Below, piece by piece: positions 43,745 to 45,620 of a DNA stretch of 45,620 bases. The DNA is from an uncultured Candidatus Saccharibacteria bacterium (lineage in GTDB: Bacteria; Patescibacteriota; Dojkabacteria; J137): assembly GCA_964650085.1 (NCBI GenBank), contig CAZYSE010000003.1, positions 1,743 through 47,362 on the forward strand, given 5' to 3'. Numbering within the stretch: the first letter of the stretch is position 1; the number at the start of each line of letters is the position of its first letter. The notes beneath the pieces were generated by a model. It did not search any database. It saw only the letters and a program-made list of their open reading frames with translations, and was not told the DNA's origin. A program made the translations under genes and the position numbers.

Positions 43745-44482
43745 TTAAGGATTTTCCATTCTTATGTCGTTCTTATCTACAAAGATGAAAGTAATTCCTT
43801 CTGTATTAAGAAATTTGCTTAAAAACTCACTTCTAAATAGAGCTTCTGTGTAGTCTTCTTTTAACTCAATCCTAAAAGTGTTTTCATCGAGCTGAACAAC
43901 GGTAAATCTACCATCAGAATAATTAGTAGCACGAATGTAAAGCCTAAAATCTATAGGCTCAATCGTTTCTTCTCCTTCATAAAATGTATCTGATTCCGAT
44001 TCAAAGAATGGGTTCAGAGGATCTACTTCATTTTCTAGCTGGGTAAAGTATTCTTCGGGTGATAAGGTTGTATTTTCATCAAGATCTTTTAAAACCACTT
44101 CTACATCAAGAAGTGATAGACCTTTAGAGTACACTATACTATTTACCAAATTAGACAATGAAAGACTATCAGCATTTTCGCTACGTAATATCATAAGGAT
44201 TTTTTTACCGTCTAAGTCATATAATTTGTACTGTAAAATTACAGTTCCATTAGCAGTTTCTAATCGAAGCTCCTCAACTCCTTCTGCAATTTGTGTTGGT
44301 CTTAGATTATTAATACCACCAAAAACGATTGCTAATCCCAACAGAATTACTATCGCAGTTATTGTTGCAAAAACAAAAGAAGAAAAGCTTATTTGCTGGT
44401 ACCACTTTTTCTGTTCAGAAGACTCTTCTTTAAACTTTAGTTTTGACTTAGATTCTTTTTTTTCTAAATTGGTAGTGTTCAT
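43745..44482 (-). CDS. membrane-anchored hypothetical protein
   Basis: A Lys-rich N-terminus and TM helix (FVFATITAIVILLGLAIVFGG) precede an acidic ectodomain. Its start overlaps the M23 gene stop by 4 nt. Confidence 0.5.
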   Translation of the reverse strand: MNTTNLEKKESKSKLKFKEESSEQKKWYQQISFSSFVFATITAIVILLGLAIVFGGINNLRPTQIAEGVEELRLETANGTVILQYKLYDLDGKKILMILRSENADSLSLSNLVNSIVYSKGLSLLDVEVVLKDLDENTTLSPEEYFTQLENEVDPLNPFFESESDTFYEGEETIEPIDFRLYIRATNYSDGRFTVVQLDENTFRIELKEDYTEALFRSEFLSKFLNTEGITFIFVDKNDIRMENP

Positions 44483-45620
44483 AAGTTACAGAATTTTTTT
44501 ACCCAAGGAGTAGAGTCTATTTCATTTCCAGCGAAATATTCATTAGAAACCGCATCACTACTTATAATAGCAAAATGTAAGTGTGCATTGTTGACACTAA
44601 AGCATCCATCCGTGTTTTCTGCACGCACACTCCATGGTTCCCAATTCTTATCGCCGTACTTGGTGTTTTGAGAATAGTTAGTCTCAACCCCAAGTTTACC
44701 ATCATAAATTGTTGCTAGGGTTTGACCCTTTGCAACTCTTTGACCCTCATTTACCTTTAAGCCTTCAACATGAACAAACCTCCAAAGCCTTCCTAAATCA
44801 TCCAGCATATGTATTACAAATCCACCATCATAGTAACTTTCGGATTGATCAGGTAATTTTATGAAACCACAAATGGAACCGACAGGTATATAAGCGTTTA
44901 GTGTTTCAACGGGGTCTCTGATTTCAATTATTGTACCGTTTATTGGAGCTACAACAGTTTGACCAGGAGCAGTGATGTCAGTTGGCATTTGCTGATACTG
45001 GTTATAGATATTACTCTTGGAATGAGAGAAACCACACGTCCCAAAAGCATTGCAACCTTGAGAATTTTGGGAAATTCTTGTAGGATTTGTTACTGGACAA
45101 GCAAAATCCCCTTCTAAAATATCATCATCTGTACCCGAACCAGGTAAACAAACGGCTGGATTTTCACCTTGGTACATGTATTGAATAGGGTCTAAAGTAC
45201 AAGATCCAAAAGGTTTTCCTTCTCCATAGCCATCGTAACAGTCCTCATACCTCAGTTCAAAGTGCAAGTGAGGCCCAGTTGTCCTTCCAGTTGTTCCAAC
45301 GTATCCAATCACCTCCCCAGCTTTTATAGCCATTCCAGGAAATAGTCCTTGCTCAACCTTTGCCATATGCTGGTATCCTGTCCAAACATCTTTATCGGAA
45401 GTAAATTGAGTATGTTTAATAACAACAAAGTTTCCTGCTCCTTGATTGTATCCAGGAGAATCAGGTACTTGATTAGAGCCATCAGGTGGTTGCGTAGCAT
45501 CGTTGCTCATCCTATCTATTATTCCATCGGCAGCAGCTACAATTGGAGTAGAAATTGCTGCAACTAGGTCAACTCCACTATGCTGATTATTTCCATGACT
45601 TTGCGAAATTAATAATGGAA
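44479..45620 (-). CDS. tandem M23/LytM-domain metallopeptidase, 5'-partial (continues past the right edge)
   Basis: The frame stays open upstream of the track ATG (45510) to the window end. There it encodes ...HGNNQHSGVDLVAAISTPIVAAADGII, the M23 HxxxD motif. GTTGRTTGPHLHFELRY follows. A second LytM-like module (TDITAPGQTVVAPINGTII ... NNAHLHFAIIS) lacks the first His. Confidence 0.8.
   Translation of the reverse strand, partial: PLLISQSHGNNQHSGVDLVAAISTPIVAAADGIIDRMSNDATQPPDGSNQVPDSPGYNQGAGNFVVIKHTQFTSDKDVWTGYQHMAKVEQGLFPGMAIKAGEVIGYVGTTGRTTGPHLHFELRYEDCYDGYGEGKPFGSCTLDPIQYMYQGENPAVCLPGSGTDDDILEGDFACPVTNPTRISQNSQGCNAFGTCGFSHSKSNIYNQYQQMPTDITAPGQTVVAPINGTIIEIRDPVETLNAYIPVGSICGFIKLPDQSESYYDGGFVIHMLDDLGRLWRFVHVEGLKVNEGQRVAKGQTLATIYDGKLGVETNYSQNTKYGDKNWEPWSVRAENTDGCFSVNNAHLHFAIISSDAVSNEYFAGNEIDSTPWVKKFCNL

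Noticed and set aside
1-45620. CRISPR arrays, rRNA genes, IS elements/transposases, prophage structural genes.
   Set aside because: Reading the intergenic regions showed no regularly spaced direct repeats. No transposase, integrase or capsid-like ORFs were recognisable. The only RNA genes found are tRNA-Asn, RNase P RNA and the T-box leader.

Overview
AT-rich (about 35% GC by eye), densely packed bacterial chromosome segment using the standard genetic code: TGA acts as a stop in the ATGA overlaps at 1347, 1676 and 34475. Housekeeping genes I recognise are mutS, radA, recX, asnS, leuS, glyQS, gatA, pheA, ppa, ychF, mraY, RNase P RNA and tRNA-Asn(GUU). Between them lie many small membrane-anchored or acidic orphan proteins, two Avd-like four-helix-bundle (23S rRNA IVS family) genes, a C39-like/Ig-like surface protein and M23 peptidases. 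This mix suggests a small-genome lineage such as CPR/Patescibacteria, but that is inference only. I saw no CRISPR array, rRNA, transposase or integrase. Most notable observations: (1) leuS carries a complete GNAT acetyltransferase domain in frame at the hinge entering the CP1 editing domain, plus a second insertion of about 125 aa. (2) A T-box riboswitch with a tRNA-Gly-compatible UGGA bulge and GGC codons precedes glyQS, and a four-helix-bundle gene cassette sits between the leader and glyQS. A gene-less copy of the cassette flanks occurs at 27.7 kb. (3) A five-gene minus-strand envelope operon runs mraY, processive GT2 synthase, acyltransferase/CE4-like deacetylase fusion, Ig-repeat C39-like peptidase, then a membrane protein. 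It resembles an Ica/Pga-type exopolysaccharide machine. (4) There is a family of tiny poly-Cys transmembrane proteins. (5) The inorganic pyrophosphatase has a metallothionein-like Cys/Glu/His tail. (6) A stand-alone GmrSD-like DUF262/DUF1524 gene lies next to tRNA-Asn. All domain calls come from by-eye motif recognition; no searches were run.
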